Positions 26,665 to 37,704 of a DNA stretch of 64,000 nucleotides are shown here, piece after piece. Under the pieces are notes generated by a model. That model had not been told where the DNA came from. It did not search any database and worked only from the letters and a program-made list of their open reading frames with translations. Source of the DNA: an uncultured virus (IMG/VR IMGVR_UViG_3300020045_011964) (lineage: Duplodnaviria; Heunggongvirae; Uroviricota; Caudoviricetes); the IMG/VR virus record IMGVR_UViG_3300020045_011964; one strand, written 5' to 3'. Within the stretch, counting starts at the first letter, position 1; each line of letters begins with the position of its first letter. Position numbers and translations under genes: made by a program.

Positions 26665-29600
26665 TTATCGCTCACTTCGTTGCCTTGTTTGCCGTCGTCT
26701 GCCCGTTCCCGGACTTATGTTAGTCCCCGGCGGCAGAATTTTTTGTAGAATTTCTCTCGCATTTGCTTTTGAAAACTCATCCGAAGTCTTACTTTTCAAA
26801 ACATTTTCAAGTTTTGTTTTATACATTGGCAGTAGTTCTTCTTTTTCTTTTTCGGTTGCCTGCCGCCAAACCTGCTCGGCAGATGACACAGGTTGTTTAA
26901 TTTCTACTTGTGCAGACAACGGTTTGAAGTTTTCCTGCAAATCTGTTGTGGACATTGCTTTGATTCCGTAATCCTCCTGCCCTTTGGTGATCACGCCTTC
27001 CTGAACAAAGGTATTGAATTTCTTCTCTAAGGCTTTCAGACCTTCTTTATCGCCTAATTCACGCAAACGATCGCTTTCTTTTTCAAAGTCGCGTTTGACT
27101 GCCGCTTTCATTTTTTCATCAGCTAATTCAGGACGGCGATACCCGCTTTTGAAAGCAAGTTTGCGGGCGGTAATCTCTGCCGCCGAAGGTTCTTTGGTTA
27201 AGAAATTTCCGTCCGTCACATTAAATCCGAAAATCTTTAAGATCGGAACTTTATTACGAATTGTCGGTGCTTCGGTTGCGTAATTTTTACGCGCCTTGAC
27301 CTTATCCTTAAAGACAGCCTCTAAAATTCGTCTTGATTCAGGCAATCTTTTATCAATCCCTTCCAAAAACGGTCTGTCATCGAGATTCAAAGGTGTTTGT
27401 TCGTAAGTATCAAACTGAGCAAACAAATCCTTAATGGTTTTAGCCTGAATAAAGTTTGTATTTGTGCCTAAAACATTGCCCATCCACCTATTAATGGCCT
27501 GAACGAATCTTTCATCTTCTCTGTCATAATTATTACCCCGTGACCACGCCCATTTACCTCCGTAGGTCAATGCTTTCAATAAATCACCTTCAAACGCGGC
27601 ACGATATGAAAATCCGGTAAAGGCTTCAAGTAATTCTGCCGCTTGTTCGTCATAATCCTTGTCAGTAAATAAATCCTTGCCGTTCCGCAGACGATTGATC
27701 TTATTGGCGATAAAGACGAACGGAGCCAACATCGGTTGTGTGCGGACATCGAAATAATAACTGCCGGTCGGATTGTTCGGAGTTTTTTCTGCCATCCCTT
27801 CCGTCATCGGAATTCTTAAATAGTTCCAATCATCTCTGTCGCCTAAAGACGCAACCATTCCGACCGCCAATGCCAGGACACCCCATCCCCAAATCTGGTT
27901 AGCAATTTGTCTGGATGTCCAATTTTCTTTGATGGCTTGTTTAATGAAATGATCTTCACCCGCTAATTTTAAGGCTTTAGCTCTTGCGCCTGTTTTGATC
28001 AGTAATCTCGCTTGCGCAATTACCGGAATCTTGGTCTTGGTCTTGTTAATGGTGTTATACATAAACCCGACAAACGGTGCCAGTTCCGATGCGGCTAAAT
28101 CAATTGCCCCGCTTCGATGGATAGTTTCTAAAACAGTTGCAAAAACGTAATCGTTGTATGATCCGCTTCTCTTATCAGGACGAAGCGCATAGGTCAGTTC
28201 CAGCACACGCTTGAGAACAAACTCCACATCTTCCTGCGTAAATTGTGAGAAATCCACTCCCTCAGTAATGTCTATCCCTTTTTGACGGGCAATATGAGCA
28301 AGTGCATTGACACCTTCAATGTCACGCATCAAAAATTCCTGCCAGCGCATTGCCTTCATACCCGGAGTGACATCGAGCCATTTAATAACTCCCGGCGAAA
28401 AATCCGATGAAAACCGTCCGTAAAAAGATTGAAAGTATTCGGGATGCTCGTCAATCAGGCGCAGCATTACTTCGTGTTTCGGCATCCCTTTGCTTACTTC
28501 ATTACCGAATTCATCAATTGTGGTTTCCGTAAATGTCGGAGTTTTCCAGACATCTTTAATAGATGCGTCACGGTTTAATCCTTCATCCTGCAAACCCTTG
28601 AATACTCTTTGCAAGGTCAAATCCATAGTGTCAATAACCTTGTTCATTCCGTAATTTTCTAATGTAGTTGAACCTAAATTGGTAAAAACGGTTTGAAACA
28701 GCGAGGTCATTCCCATCCGGCGAACCTGTGCAATGATATGAAGCAGAGAAGGCTTTCTTTCCAGAGTTGCGGCGGTTTGCTGCAACTTATCCATTGCTTT
28801 TGCCCGTGCGCGTTTTACTACTGCTAATTCCTTTTCCATTTCAAGGGTAATACCCCTCCGACGTTTTGCTTCAACTCTCAGGTTTGCAGCTACGAGTTTA
28901 TTGAGCTTGGCTGCTTTTGCCGTTACTTTCTGTAAATCTTCGACTTTTGCGTGTTGTTGATCACGGGTATCGGTTGATTTAATACCGAACCTTTCAGGAA
29001 ATAAATCTTTGATGGTTTTGCCGAGAGTGGTTGCAGTTGCGTTATTGGTTGCTAAAGCCAATGCACCGATAACCACTTCATCTTCGGAATTCGGCACAGT
29101 TTCTTCGGCAACTTCGATATACTTAGCTACAAAAGCGTTTTTAGCATTGGCAAGTTTATCCGAGACATCGGCTGTTTGTTCGGTTTCGGGTAAGGCTTGT
29201 TGGTTTGGATTGGGAACAATCGCAAACAAATCAGGTTTTCGTTCCTTATTCTTAAAGAAAAGATTCTTGAGTTCCTTGAGATTGTTGATTATTTTCTGTC
29301 CGGTTGAAACATCTTTAGCATTTTCATCGGCAAGTTTTTGTTTAACCTCTGCCATTTTTTTAGAGGTTTCCGCTACTTCTTTTGCCTGTGCTTTGATTTC
29401 GGCAATTTCTTCAAGTGTTAATGGCGTTCCGATTCCGTTCTGTGAGCGTTTCTTTTCAATGTATTCCACAGCAGTAGCGGGATCGAATAAACCCCATTCG
29501 GCAAGCTGACGAATAAATTGTCCGGCATCCGTTCCCTGTTCGGAAATGGCTTCAATAACCTGTTTTTTCCGTTTGTTGTAAATTTCGGCAAGTGCTTTGT

Positions 29601-32600
29601 CACCGCTTGCAAGCGCATCTTCCGCTTTGAGGGCTAAGAGTTGGGCAACTTCCATCTGGAAAGTTCCGTGTTTGCGTAGAGAGACGGGATCATTTACTCC
29701 TATCGGCACAATTGCCTGATTGATTGCGTCCGTCAGTCCTAGTTGGTCAATCCTATCCTGTGCTTCACGCTTGTTGCCTTCAACGGATTTGACTTCGTAG
29801 TAACCTTTTGCACCGAGTTCTTCTTCCTCAATCAATCCTCGCTGTTCAACGGTTTGGACGGTTTTTCGCTTTTTGATGATTGGCTCATCTCCGCTTTTTG
29901 TTTGTCGAGATACTCCATCATCTTTGCCATCTGTTCCGCCCTCGACCCCTGTAATATCTCCGGCATCTGTTTGGCTGCTTTCGCTAGTGCTTGCCGGCGG
30001 TTTCGTAAAGATTGTCTCGATTGCTTGCTTTGCATAGTCTATTTCTCCAAATCGGTTAAACGCTTCCTGACGGGCAGTATTAGCCTCAGTCGGCGATTTC
30101 CTTAATTTTATATTATCATCATAAACTTTTTGTCCGAAACTTGTAAAAAAGTTAATTAAATACTCGGCTGCCTGTTCTTGAGTTAAGCCCAATTTTGCCC
30201 AATCGCCGGCGGCGGAATAAGCGGCAATTTCTTCCCTGATAACCGCAGCTCTCGCTTGTTCGGGATTTTTGATTTTTTTGGCTTTGAAAGATTCCAGAGA
30301 GTATTCGGGTTGTTTGTCAAAGAAAGTGTTGACCGCTTTCGTGTAGATTGGACTATTATCCAATTTAGTTTTGCCTGCCTCAGTATGGCGGTCATCCAAA
30401 TCTTTTCCAAACTGCGACAACATTGATTGCTGGTGTAAGATTTCGTGTGGTAACTGTTCATCTAAAACATAGAAGATAACCGAACCGCGTTCACCTTTTT
30501 TGATACCTTCTTTAATAGTATCGGCAAACGCCTGAATCTGTTTGGCAAGTTCGGGATTGGCAGTTTCAGCCCGGCGCGCAAGAGATTCTAACACCCGAAC
30601 ACCTTCCGGCACTTTTTGTAAATCCGTTGGAGTCAGTCCCGTAAACGCCGGATAGGGCTGTTTTTCTCTTAATTTACCCAACCCTCTTTGAATGTCCACT
30701 TGCTCAAGAGCGCGTCTGACCAATTCCATTCCGGCAAGATTTAATTGCAGCCTGTCACCGACTCTGATGATTTGGGCTTTTTCAATTACCTGCGGCAAAG
30801 GAACGGTCTGAATTTGCCTGAACTGCTTCATCCTCTGCTTTTCCGCATCAGGCGATTCTTCGGATGCCATTTCATTTCTGACAGTTTTTTTAGCGATAAC
30901 GATGTCGCCTTTAACGGTTACTTCGTCACCGAAAACTAAAGCGACTTCGGACATATAATCTTTCGCTAATCTGTTTTCCTGCCAACCCTTACTGGTTTGT
31001 TTGGGTTGATTGTCCCGCGCACCCTCATAAATCTTGAAATATGCCGTCCCACCTTCTTTTAAGGCGTTATGCGCTTGCATTATAACGAGTCGGCGGTTTC
31101 CTGGTTCCTGAATAACATTTAGAACATTATTGACGGTTGCCGTGTCGGATTGTCCGCCACGGATTTGTTCGACCGCTTTTTCGTTATGTTCTTTACTGCG
31201 GTTGAACGGGTCAAAAACAACATTGGTGACACCTTGTTTCCCTAAAAACTCGGTGGCGTTATCGAACCGACCGCCGCCGATGTCGGCATTTTTCGTACCT
31301 GATTGCCAATCGACAAAATTAAAAGTGGTCGGTAATTTACTGCTGTTGATGGACGTATCTGCCGAAGTGAATTCCTGTTCAGGGATTTCCCACAAACTGT
31401 CCGACGACCGCGTTTCATTCCGCGCCATCGCCAACAGTTCGCCTTCGGTAATAACTATCTGCCTTGCTCTCGGAGTATCTTCCGTGGCTGAAAAAGGATA
31501 CTGCTCTCTTTCTTCGTCAGAGAGTTCCCTACGAAATTCGACGTTCCGCGCTTCCGCTTCACCGGCAATTCGTTGATATTTTTCAAACGCCTCTTTAAAT
31601 TCCGGCGAGGACATATCGAAAGATTCCGCTTTTCCTTTGTCGAGAAAAAGATTGGCGCTTCCGCCGACCGGAAAACCTTCCGCAAATTGGATGATATGCT
31701 GAACTTCGTGGAGGATGACCGAAAGTTTGGATGAAGGCGACAACGATGATCTGACCTTTATCTGAATTGGTGTTCCGCCCATCGTCACACCTTTTTGCTG
31801 TAAAGTCGGCGATAATGTCACCGCAACTTTTTTAAGTTCAGGATAGGCCTTAAAAAGTTCGGGAAACTCAAGCATTTCGTCCAATGTTCCGGCAGTTTCA
31901 TAAACCGACATTTTTTTAGCTAAAGGTGTCAGTTCTGCTTTGGAATCATTGAGTTCGGTTTGCCAATCACCTTTAACATTCTTTTCCCAACCCGTTGCGA
32001 GAAATATTCTACTGTCTGAAATCCCTGCTTCATCCATCGCTTTCGCAACGGCTAAGTTTTTCAGACGTTTTTGAGAATCGGTTAAATTCTGGACACCCTG
32101 CTCACCGATGATGGCGAACATTTCCTGAATATCTGTGCCGGAATCTTTCGTTAATCCGCTTTCGGGTTCTGTATCTTCGGCGGATTCGGTTTCTTGACGG
32201 TCTGCGGTTTTAGCTTGCGCTTCATCATCCAATCCTTCCTCAGTTTCACCAAGTCTCTCCCCATCCTCATCAACGCTTTTCTCAAATTTGAATTCTTCAT
32301 CGTATCTCGGAGCCTCCACATACTTAACTTTAAATACTTTTTCTATTGCTTCGCTTTTATCCAACGGCATCTGCGCCTCTGCAAAAAGCGTTGCTTCTGT
32401 GCCTTTTATTGCTTCAGCGTAATCCTTAAACAATTGTCTGATTTCTTTTTGTGTTTCCGCTTCGGCAAACTTTTGAGCAAAAAAGAGTTCTACCGGAGTA
32501 TAAATATCTGCCGGAGCCTGTCCGGTAAAAATATCCGCCTGCGTTGCCCACAACTGAAAAGGAATTTCTTTTTCCTCACTGATTTCCAGATAGGAATTTG

Positions 32601-35600
32601 CCGCCTGCATCGCCATTTGGATTTCCGGCACTAAGACACTTTGCTGCGAAACGGAATAAATCACCGGAATCGCGTTAAGTAATGCCTCTCTTGCGTTAAA
32701 CGGCAGATTTTCAAAAACAGTAGTCAGGTCAGGATGCCCGTTAGTGAATAAAAACTCACGGAACAATCCCTGAATATCTTCAATTCCGCGCGGACTAAGT
32801 TGACCGTCATTATTTAATAAAGAATTGTAATGCTGTTCGCTTAGATGATTTTTCAGTCCGTTTAAGATATTTTGTTCATTTTCCCGAATTGCTTTATTCA
32901 GTGTCCAATCAGGTTTTATAAATTCAAAAGCATTTCGCAAAATCTTGGTTTGGTCACGATAAGGAATCTGATTGGCAGTTGCTCTCGGATCAAGACGCAG
33001 ACCAACCCCTGTTTCCATATCCGTTACTTTTTTATTGCCTAAAAGAATTGCTTCTTCGTCAGTAACTTCAATTACCCGAACCATCACAGGTTTTTTCAGT
33101 TTTTCAACCTGTTCTTTTTTGAAACCGAACTTTTCGGCATTTTCAAGTAATTGCTTGCGGTAAAGGTCATTTAATCCGTAAGATTTTTTAATTCCTTCCG
33201 AACGGTTGTTGCCTTGAATAACTTCTCCGCGTGAATTGACTGTCGGTGCGCCGAAAAAAGCGTTAGTATTCACTCCTAAGTCACCGAAACGAGGGTTTTT
33301 AGCAATATCATCAGACGCTTTCTTACGAACATCAGTTGCTACATTCGGTTGTACCAAAGGTAGAAAATGATGCAGATTCGGATTTCCTTCTAAATCGGCG
33401 GGTTGTAATGAATCTGCCTCAATCAACCCGTAATGGAAAGGAACATCGTGAGTCGGAGAAAATCTAACCGTTCCCTCATCGCCTTTGGTTTGAATAGTTG
33501 TTTTTGGTTGACGAACATATTCAACCCCATCTTTGGTAAAACGCCCTGCTTTTCTGCGTTCATCTGCCGATGACTTTTCAAGCGGAGGTTTTTCTAATTC
33601 TTTTGGTAGAGTAGATTCACTTGTTTGCTCTATCGGTTTTGTAATTGGTGAAATATCAATAATATTATCCAGAACTTTTCTTTCTTCCAGATGCCCAACA
33701 CCCTTCATCTGGCTTTTGACATCTTCCGCAACCTGACTAGCAAGCCCAAAGATTTCGTTCTCGGAAACACCGATCTGTTTGGCTAAAGACACCCTTAAGT
33801 CTGATAAGTCCTTAACTTTCGTCTGATTTGCCTTCTGCCCACCGCCAGTCATTTTTTTCTTTTCATTGGCGTAATAATCAAAGAGGTCGCGTTGTATTTT
33901 GGAAGCAAAAATAATTGTGCCGTCATTGGTTCCCGCCCGATAATTACGAACCAAACCTTTAGGTGCTGTTTCCTCAATTTTTGATACCTTACTTTCGGGT
34001 TGCGGGGCTTCATCCTTTTGCTCTATTGGAATATTATTAACCTTTCTTTCCGAATAATTATTTAACCCATCATTTATCTGACCTTTTTCGACAAGTGTTA
34101 TTTTACCGTTCTTATCAACTGTAATTTTAGCGGGTTTGGTTAATGTCCACTCGGTCGGATTGGATAGTTCTTCAATGTCGAAGAATTCCTGATAACCCCC
34201 TTCTTTTTGATTTCTTGGTGAAACCGCCGAATCGAATTGCGGAACAACCGCATAACTGCCGTCGGGCTGTTTGATGCCTCGCAGCGAACCATTGTTCATT
34301 TGCTGGAAATCAAAAGTTACCCCGTGTTTACCCATTGCCATATCGGTAGCGTTGGCGTTCCCGAAACGGATAACATCCTGATTTTTTTCATACCAATCAT
34401 TTCGCGCCTGACGGTTTCCGAAAACATTTGCCTCATTAAATTCTTTAGCAACAATGTCTTTGGTTTTACCTTCCAGAACAGGTTCGGTTTTTGGAGTTAC
34501 ATCCTTCTTCTTAGCCTGTGCCAGAGTGTTTTGAACAATCGGTTCGCCCACTTCAACGCCTTTCGGTTGACTTGGCTCTTTAGTTTCAGGCAAGTCAAAA
34601 TCAAAATCTGTCTGCCTTTGCCCCGTTGCTACCGAATCAAGCCAATTCTGCGTTTCTTCGGGTAGTTCTTCAATTTTAGGCTGAACTGTTTCGGGTAATT
34701 CCTGTTCCGGTTCGGTTATTGCGTTTTCATCAACAACGGTTGCTTTGTTTTTACGAACAAAAGATTTTGTGCCGTCATCAAATTCGACAACCAATTGATT
34801 GCCTTTAATGTCCGTGACCACACCCTGTTTGGTGACAGTTCCGCCTTTAGCCTTGATTTCAGTCTGAATAGTTGAACCGACAACGGGTTTGGTTGAAACG
34901 GGAACGGCTTGCTGTTTCTCCGCTTTTGCCTGTTCGAGAACTTTATCAACTTCGGCGATTTTTGCTTCAACTTCTTCCGGTGTCAGGGGTTTGAGTTCTG
35001 TTTGGGCTTTTTCAGGTTTAATACCAAATAAATTATTAGTAAATTCTTCGACATCGGCATCATCCTGTTCGGTTTGAGATTCCAAGGCGATTTGAAAGCC
35101 TGCCCCACCAAGTCCGCCGATAGCACCGCCCAAGAATTCCATCATATCTTCTTCGCTGAGAACAAAGACCTTTCGGGACGGATCATAAGTCAGACTTGCG
35201 ACAAAATCATTAATTTTCTTTTCGGATAGTTCCTGTGTTCCTTCTAAAAATGCGCCGGTAGCTAATGTTCCGCCCTTTTTCAAGAGATTCGCAAATGCGC
35301 CTTTAGTAACTTCAACCGCCGCTTTTTCGCCGACTTCCTGAGATGCTTTAGCAAAAATACTGCCTAAAATTTTACTGAAAAACCCCGCTTTTTCCGCTTT
35401 GCTTAAAGGCGACAAAAATCTTGCCAGAGGGATTGCATCGCTGACCGCCGCCACCCCACCGACAATAGCGGCAAGTTTCCGTTCAAAAGGCTGTGCGCCT
35501 TTTTTTAGTGCTTCGTCATACTGTTCCGCCGCACCCATTGATGAACCAAGCAAAACAGGTAAAGTCATTCCGCCCGACAATGCACCAAGTCCGATTTGAA

Positions 35601-37701
35601 CCATAACTTGTCCAATGGCTTTCGGTGCGATATTTGTCAAAATATAATCTGATTTAGTGAATTGTAAATCTTTATTTTGCGCTTTTTCTAACCGCTTACT
35701 GATAATGTCGCCAAACTGATACAAACCGCCGTCTTTTGCTTCAAATTGCTTGCCATTAACAATAACACTGTAAATGTTCTGTAAAGATAACGGCATAGTT
35801 TCGCCGACTATATCAATTGTTTTAGCAACGGACGCAAAAGCATCAGGAATGGTTGACGCAAGACTTTTAACAAATTCTGCCGGTTTAGCCATCGGACGAG
35901 TAGAATCAAAAACCGTTCCGTATTCTTTCTCAATCCGTTGCTGTTCCTGATAATACTTATCAAACGATTTATATTTAGCCAGAATCTTTTCTTTCTGTGC
36001 TTCAATGTCCGCTAAATTTGCTTGTTTTGCTTCTTCGGGAGAAACATAACCCTGCGACAAAATAAACCGGTTATACGCTTCCTCGTCTGAAATCTTATTT
36101 TCATCCTCAAATCGTTTGGCTGCGGCAAGTTCTCTTTCTTCTGCTTCTTTACGTCTGCTTTGCCGGGCTTGATATTCTTCTGCCGAAATAATGCCTTCAT
36201 TCAAAAGAGCATCATCCTGACTTTCACCGTTTTTTATTCTTGCTTCAACCGCTTCGCGTTTGGTTTTTATTTTTTCAGCGTCCGCAAAGATTTTAGCCGG
36301 AATACGGTGTGTAACCGTTCCCCCGCCTTTCGACAGTTCAATTAAATCCGTATCAGTAATACGTCCGCCTTCTTCAAAGTTAATCGGATTGTTAGCCAGA
36401 ACAATTTCAATATCCTGCGGACTGACGCCACTTTCCCGTAAGGCTTGAGCAGTTGTTTCATTTAGTCTTTGACGGACATCTTCGCCTTGCTCGATTTGCA
36501 ATCGAATCGTTTTATCTTTATATGAAGCAATTCTTTGTGCTTCTTTAACTGCGGCTTCTTCTCTGATTTCTCCGTTGGGCGAGACAATATAAACAATACC
36601 ATCCCGCTCACGGCGAACTTCGCCTTTATTCAAACCTTGTTGGTCTTTTGCAAAAGTATATTCGTTGCCCTTAGAGTCTTTAATAACCGGTGCGTTGGGA
36701 TCGGCGGCAACCGCAACAGTTCCGCTTTTTGGCAAAGACCTGTTATATTCTTCAACCTGTTTATTATACTGAGCGGCATTGGCGGCATTTTGACGATTTG
36801 CCTCTGCAATCGTCATTTTTTGAATATTGTTAAAATCGTCAATCAAACCTTGAGTGACCGGCGGATTACCCATCGCCGCCAAATAATCCTGAAAGTTTTT
36901 GGCAATTTCTTTTTGGTCAGCCACAGGCGGCGCAACTACCTGAGAAGTTATCGCCGGTGCGGGTTTTGGTTGGGCTTGATTCGCCATCCATTGCTGAAAT
37001 TCCTGTTGATTTTCAATTAATGGCGGCTGTTCCTGAACCGGAGATTTAATAGTCTGTGTTCCCGGGACTGTCGGCTGCGGAACTTGCGGTAAATTAAAGT
37101 CTTTCGGTAACGTGACACCCGCTTGTTTGTAATCTTCAAGTGTCGGATATTCGACCGGCACATCTCTGGTCATTACATTTGGCGATGAATATTCAGGAGT
37201 TTCATTTTGACCAACTAAATCCGGTGCGTTTTTTTGAACAATGTCATCTAAAAAACCAAAACTCTTGCCTGGTTTTCCCCGATAATATTTTTTATAACGT
37301 CCATCAAAATAAGCTCCCCAATGATTTAACGGTTCTCCGGTTTTATGTCCTTGTTTATAGACATCTAAAGCAACTTTGGCATTATACACAGGATCGGACT
37401 GCAAACGGTTGACATCATATTTTCTTTGTCTTTCGGGATGGATCATATTGATCTGCCAAATTCCGTAAGACTTCTCTTTGGTAGGTTTTCCGCCGTGACC
37501 GACACCGGGATTAAAGGCGTTGACCTTACCCGAACTTTCAGCCATCCCGATAGCCGACATCTTCGGAATTAAAGATTCATCCCACCCCGCTTTCCGCAAG
37601 GCATCTTCAAGATCATCCTGTGAAAGAGTTTGTTTTTTTGTTTTGGTTTGCCCTTTGGCAATTTTATCCAAAAATGAAAAATCTTTATCGTATCCGTCCA
37701 T
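26665..37701 (-). CDS. Giant polyvalent virion/ejection protein (3678 aa)
   Basis: N-terminal lytic transglycosylase (MAESSG...SYGIWQIN); ParB/ddrB-like domain (GAP.V...GEVIQGNNR); LPD23-type zincin (LHEVQH.IQ..EGF..GG...GEAEAR); SAM-MTase-like domain (DIGGGRFD...FDPFNR...NVLNVI); second HEILH. Confidence 0.85.
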   Translation of the reverse strand: MDGYDKDFSFLDKIAKGQTKTKKQTLSQDDLEDALRKAGWDESLIPKMSAIGMAESSGKVNAFNPGVGHGGKPTKEKSYGIWQINMIHPERQRKYDVNRLQSDPVYNAKVALDVYKQGHKTGEPLNHWGAYFDGRYKKYYRGKPGKSFGFLDDIVQKNAPDLVGQNETPEYSSPNVMTRDVPVEYPTLEDYKQAGVTLPKDFNLPQVPQPTVPGTQTIKSPVQEQPPLIENQQEFQQWMANQAQPKPAPAITSQVVAPPVADQKEIAKNFQDYLAAMGNPPVTQGLIDDFNNIQKMTIAEANRQNAANAAQYNKQVEEYNRSLPKSGTVAVAADPNAPVIKDSKGNEYTFAKDQQGLNKGEVRRERDGIVYIVSPNGEIREEAAVKEAQRIASYKDKTIRLQIEQGEDVRQRLNETTAQALRESGVSPQDIEIVLANNPINFEEGGRITDTDLIELSKGGGTVTHRIPAKIFADAEKIKTKREAVEARIKNGESQDDALLNEGIISAEEYQARQSRRKEAEERELAAAKRFEDENKISDEEAYNRFILSQGYVSPEEAKQANLADIEAQKEKILAKYKSFDKYYQEQQRIEKEYGTVFDSTRPMAKPAEFVKSLASTIPDAFASVAKTIDIVGETMPLSLQNIYSVIVNGKQFEAKDGGLYQFGDIISKRLEKAQNKDLQFTKSDYILTNIAPKAIGQVMVQIGLGALSGGMTLPVLLGSSMGAAEQYDEALKKGAQPFERKLAAIVGGVAAVSDAIPLARFLSPLSKAEKAGFFSKILGSIFAKASQEVGEKAAVEVTKGAFANLLKKGGTLATGAFLEGTQELSEKKINDFVASLTYDPSRKVFVLSEEDMMEFLGGAIGGLGGAGFQIALESQTEQDDADVEEFTNNLFGIKPEKAQTELKPLTPEEVEAKIAEVDKVLEQAKAEKQQAVPVSTKPVVGSTIQTEIKAKGGTVTKQGVVTDIKGNQLVVEFDDGTKSFVRKNKATVVDENAITEPEQELPETVQPKIEELPEETQNWLDSVATGQRQTDFDFDLPETKEPSQPKGVEVGEPIVQNTLAQAKKKDVTPKTEPVLEGKTKDIVAKEFNEANVFGNRQARNDWYEKNQDVIRFGNANATDMAMGKHGVTFDFQQMNNGSLRGIKQPDGSYAVVPQFDSAVSPRNQKEGGYQEFFDIEELSNPTEWTLTKPAKITVDKNGKITLVEKGQINDGLNNYSERKVNNIPIEQKDEAPQPESKVSKIEETAPKGLVRNYRAGTNDGTIIFASKIQRDLFDYYANEKKKMTGGGQKANQTKVKDLSDLRVSLAKQIGVSENEIFGLASQVAEDVKSQMKGVGHLEERKVLDNIIDISPITKPIEQTSESTLPKELEKPPLEKSSADERRKAGRFTKDGVEYVRQPKTTIQTKGDEGTVRFSPTHDVPFHYGLIEADSLQPADLEGNPNLHHFLPLVQPNVATDVRKKASDDIAKNPRFGDLGVNTNAFFGAPTVNSRGEVIQGNNRSEGIKKSYGLNDLYRKQLLENAEKFGFKKEQVEKLKKPVMVRVIEVTDEEAILLGNKKVTDMETGVGLRLDPRATANQIPYRDQTKILRNAFEFIKPDWTLNKAIRENEQNILNGLKNHLSEQHYNSLLNNDGQLSPRGIEDIQGLFREFLFTNGHPDLTTVFENLPFNAREALLNAIPVIYSVSQQSVLVPEIQMAMQAANSYLEISEEKEIPFQLWATQADIFTGQAPADIYTPVELFFAQKFAEAETQKEIRQLFKDYAEAIKGTEATLFAEAQMPLDKSEAIEKVFKVKYVEAPRYDEEFKFEKSVDEDGERLGETEEGLDDEAQAKTADRQETESAEDTEPESGLTKDSGTDIQEMFAIIGEQGVQNLTDSQKRLKNLAVAKAMDEAGISDSRIFLATGWEKNVKGDWQTELNDSKAELTPLAKKMSVYETAGTLDEMLEFPELFKAYPELKKVAVTLSPTLQQKGVTMGGTPIQIKVRSSLSPSSKLSVILHEVQHIIQFAEGFPVGGSANLFLDKGKAESFDMSSPEFKEAFEKYQRIAGEAEARNVEFRRELSDEEREQYPFSATEDTPRARQIVITEGELLAMARNETRSSDSLWEIPEQEFTSADTSINSSKLPTTFNFVDWQSGTKNADIGGGRFDNATEFLGKQGVTNVVFDPFNRSKEHNEKAVEQIRGGQSDTATVNNVLNVIQEPGNRRLVIMQAHNALKEGGTAYFKIYEGARDNQPKQTSKGWQENRLAKDYMSEVALVFGDEVTVKGDIVIAKKTVRNEMASEESPDAEKQRMKQFRQIQTVPLPQVIEKAQIIRVGDRLQLNLAGMELVRRALEQVDIQRGLGKLREKQPYPAFTGLTPTDLQKVPEGVRVLESLARRAETANPELAKQIQAFADTIKEGIKKGERGSVIFYVLDEQLPHEILHQQSMLSQFGKDLDDRHTEAGKTKLDNSPIYTKAVNTFFDKQPEYSLESFKAKKIKNPEQARAAVIREEIAAYSAAGDWAKLGLTQEQAAEYLINFFTSFGQKVYDDNIKLRKSPTEANTARQEAFNRFGEIDYAKQAIETIFTKPPASTSESSQTDAGDITGVEGGTDGKDDGVSRQTKSGDEPIIKKRKTVQTVEQRGLIEEEELGAKGYYEVKSVEGNKREAQDRIDQLGLTDAINQAIVPIGVNDPVSLRKHGTFQMEVAQLLALKAEDALASGDKALAEIYNKRKKQVIEAISEQGTDAGQFIRQLAEWGLFDPATAVEYIEKKRSQNGIGTPLTLEEIAEIKAQAKEVAETSKKMAEVKQKLADENAKDVSTGQKIINNLKELKNLFFKNKERKPDLFAIVPNPNQQALPETEQTADVSDKLANAKNAFVAKYIEVAEETVPNSEDEVVIGALALATNNATATTLGKTIKDLFPERFGIKSTDTRDQQHAKVEDLQKVTAKAAKLNKLVAANLRVEAKRRRGITLEMEKELAVVKRARAKAMDKLQQTAATLERKPSLLHIIAQVRRMGMTSLFQTVFTNLGSTTLENYGMNKVIDTMDLTLQRVFKGLQDEGLNRDASIKDVWKTPTFTETTIDEFGNEVSKGMPKHEVMLRLIDEHPEYFQSFYGRFSSDFSPGVIKWLDVTPGMKAMRWQEFLMRDIEGVNALAHIARQKGIDITEGVDFSQFTQEDVEFVLKRVLELTYALRPDKRSGSYNDYVFATVLETIHRSGAIDLAASELAPFVGFMYNTINKTKTKIPVIAQARLLIKTGARAKALKLAGEDHFIKQAIKENWTSRQIANQIWGWGVLALAVGMVASLGDRDDWNYLRIPMTEGMAEKTPNNPTGSYYFDVRTQPMLAPFVFIANKINRLRNGKDLFTDKDYDEQAAELLEAFTGFSYRAAFEGDLLKALTYGGKWAWSRGNNYDREDERFVQAINRWMGNVLGTNTNFIQAKTIKDLFAQFDTYEQTPLNLDDRPFLEGIDKRLPESRRILEAVFKDKVKARKNYATEAPTIRNKVPILKIFGFNVTDGNFLTKEPSAAEITARKLAFKSGYRRPELADEKMKAAVKRDFEKESDRLRELGDKEGLKALEKKFNTFVQEGVITKGQEDYGIKAMSTTDLQENFKPLSAQVEIKQPVSSAEQVWRQATEKEKEELLPMYKTKLENVLKSKTSDEFSKANAREILQKILPPGTNISPGTGRRRQTRQRSER

Positions 37702-37704
37702 ATT

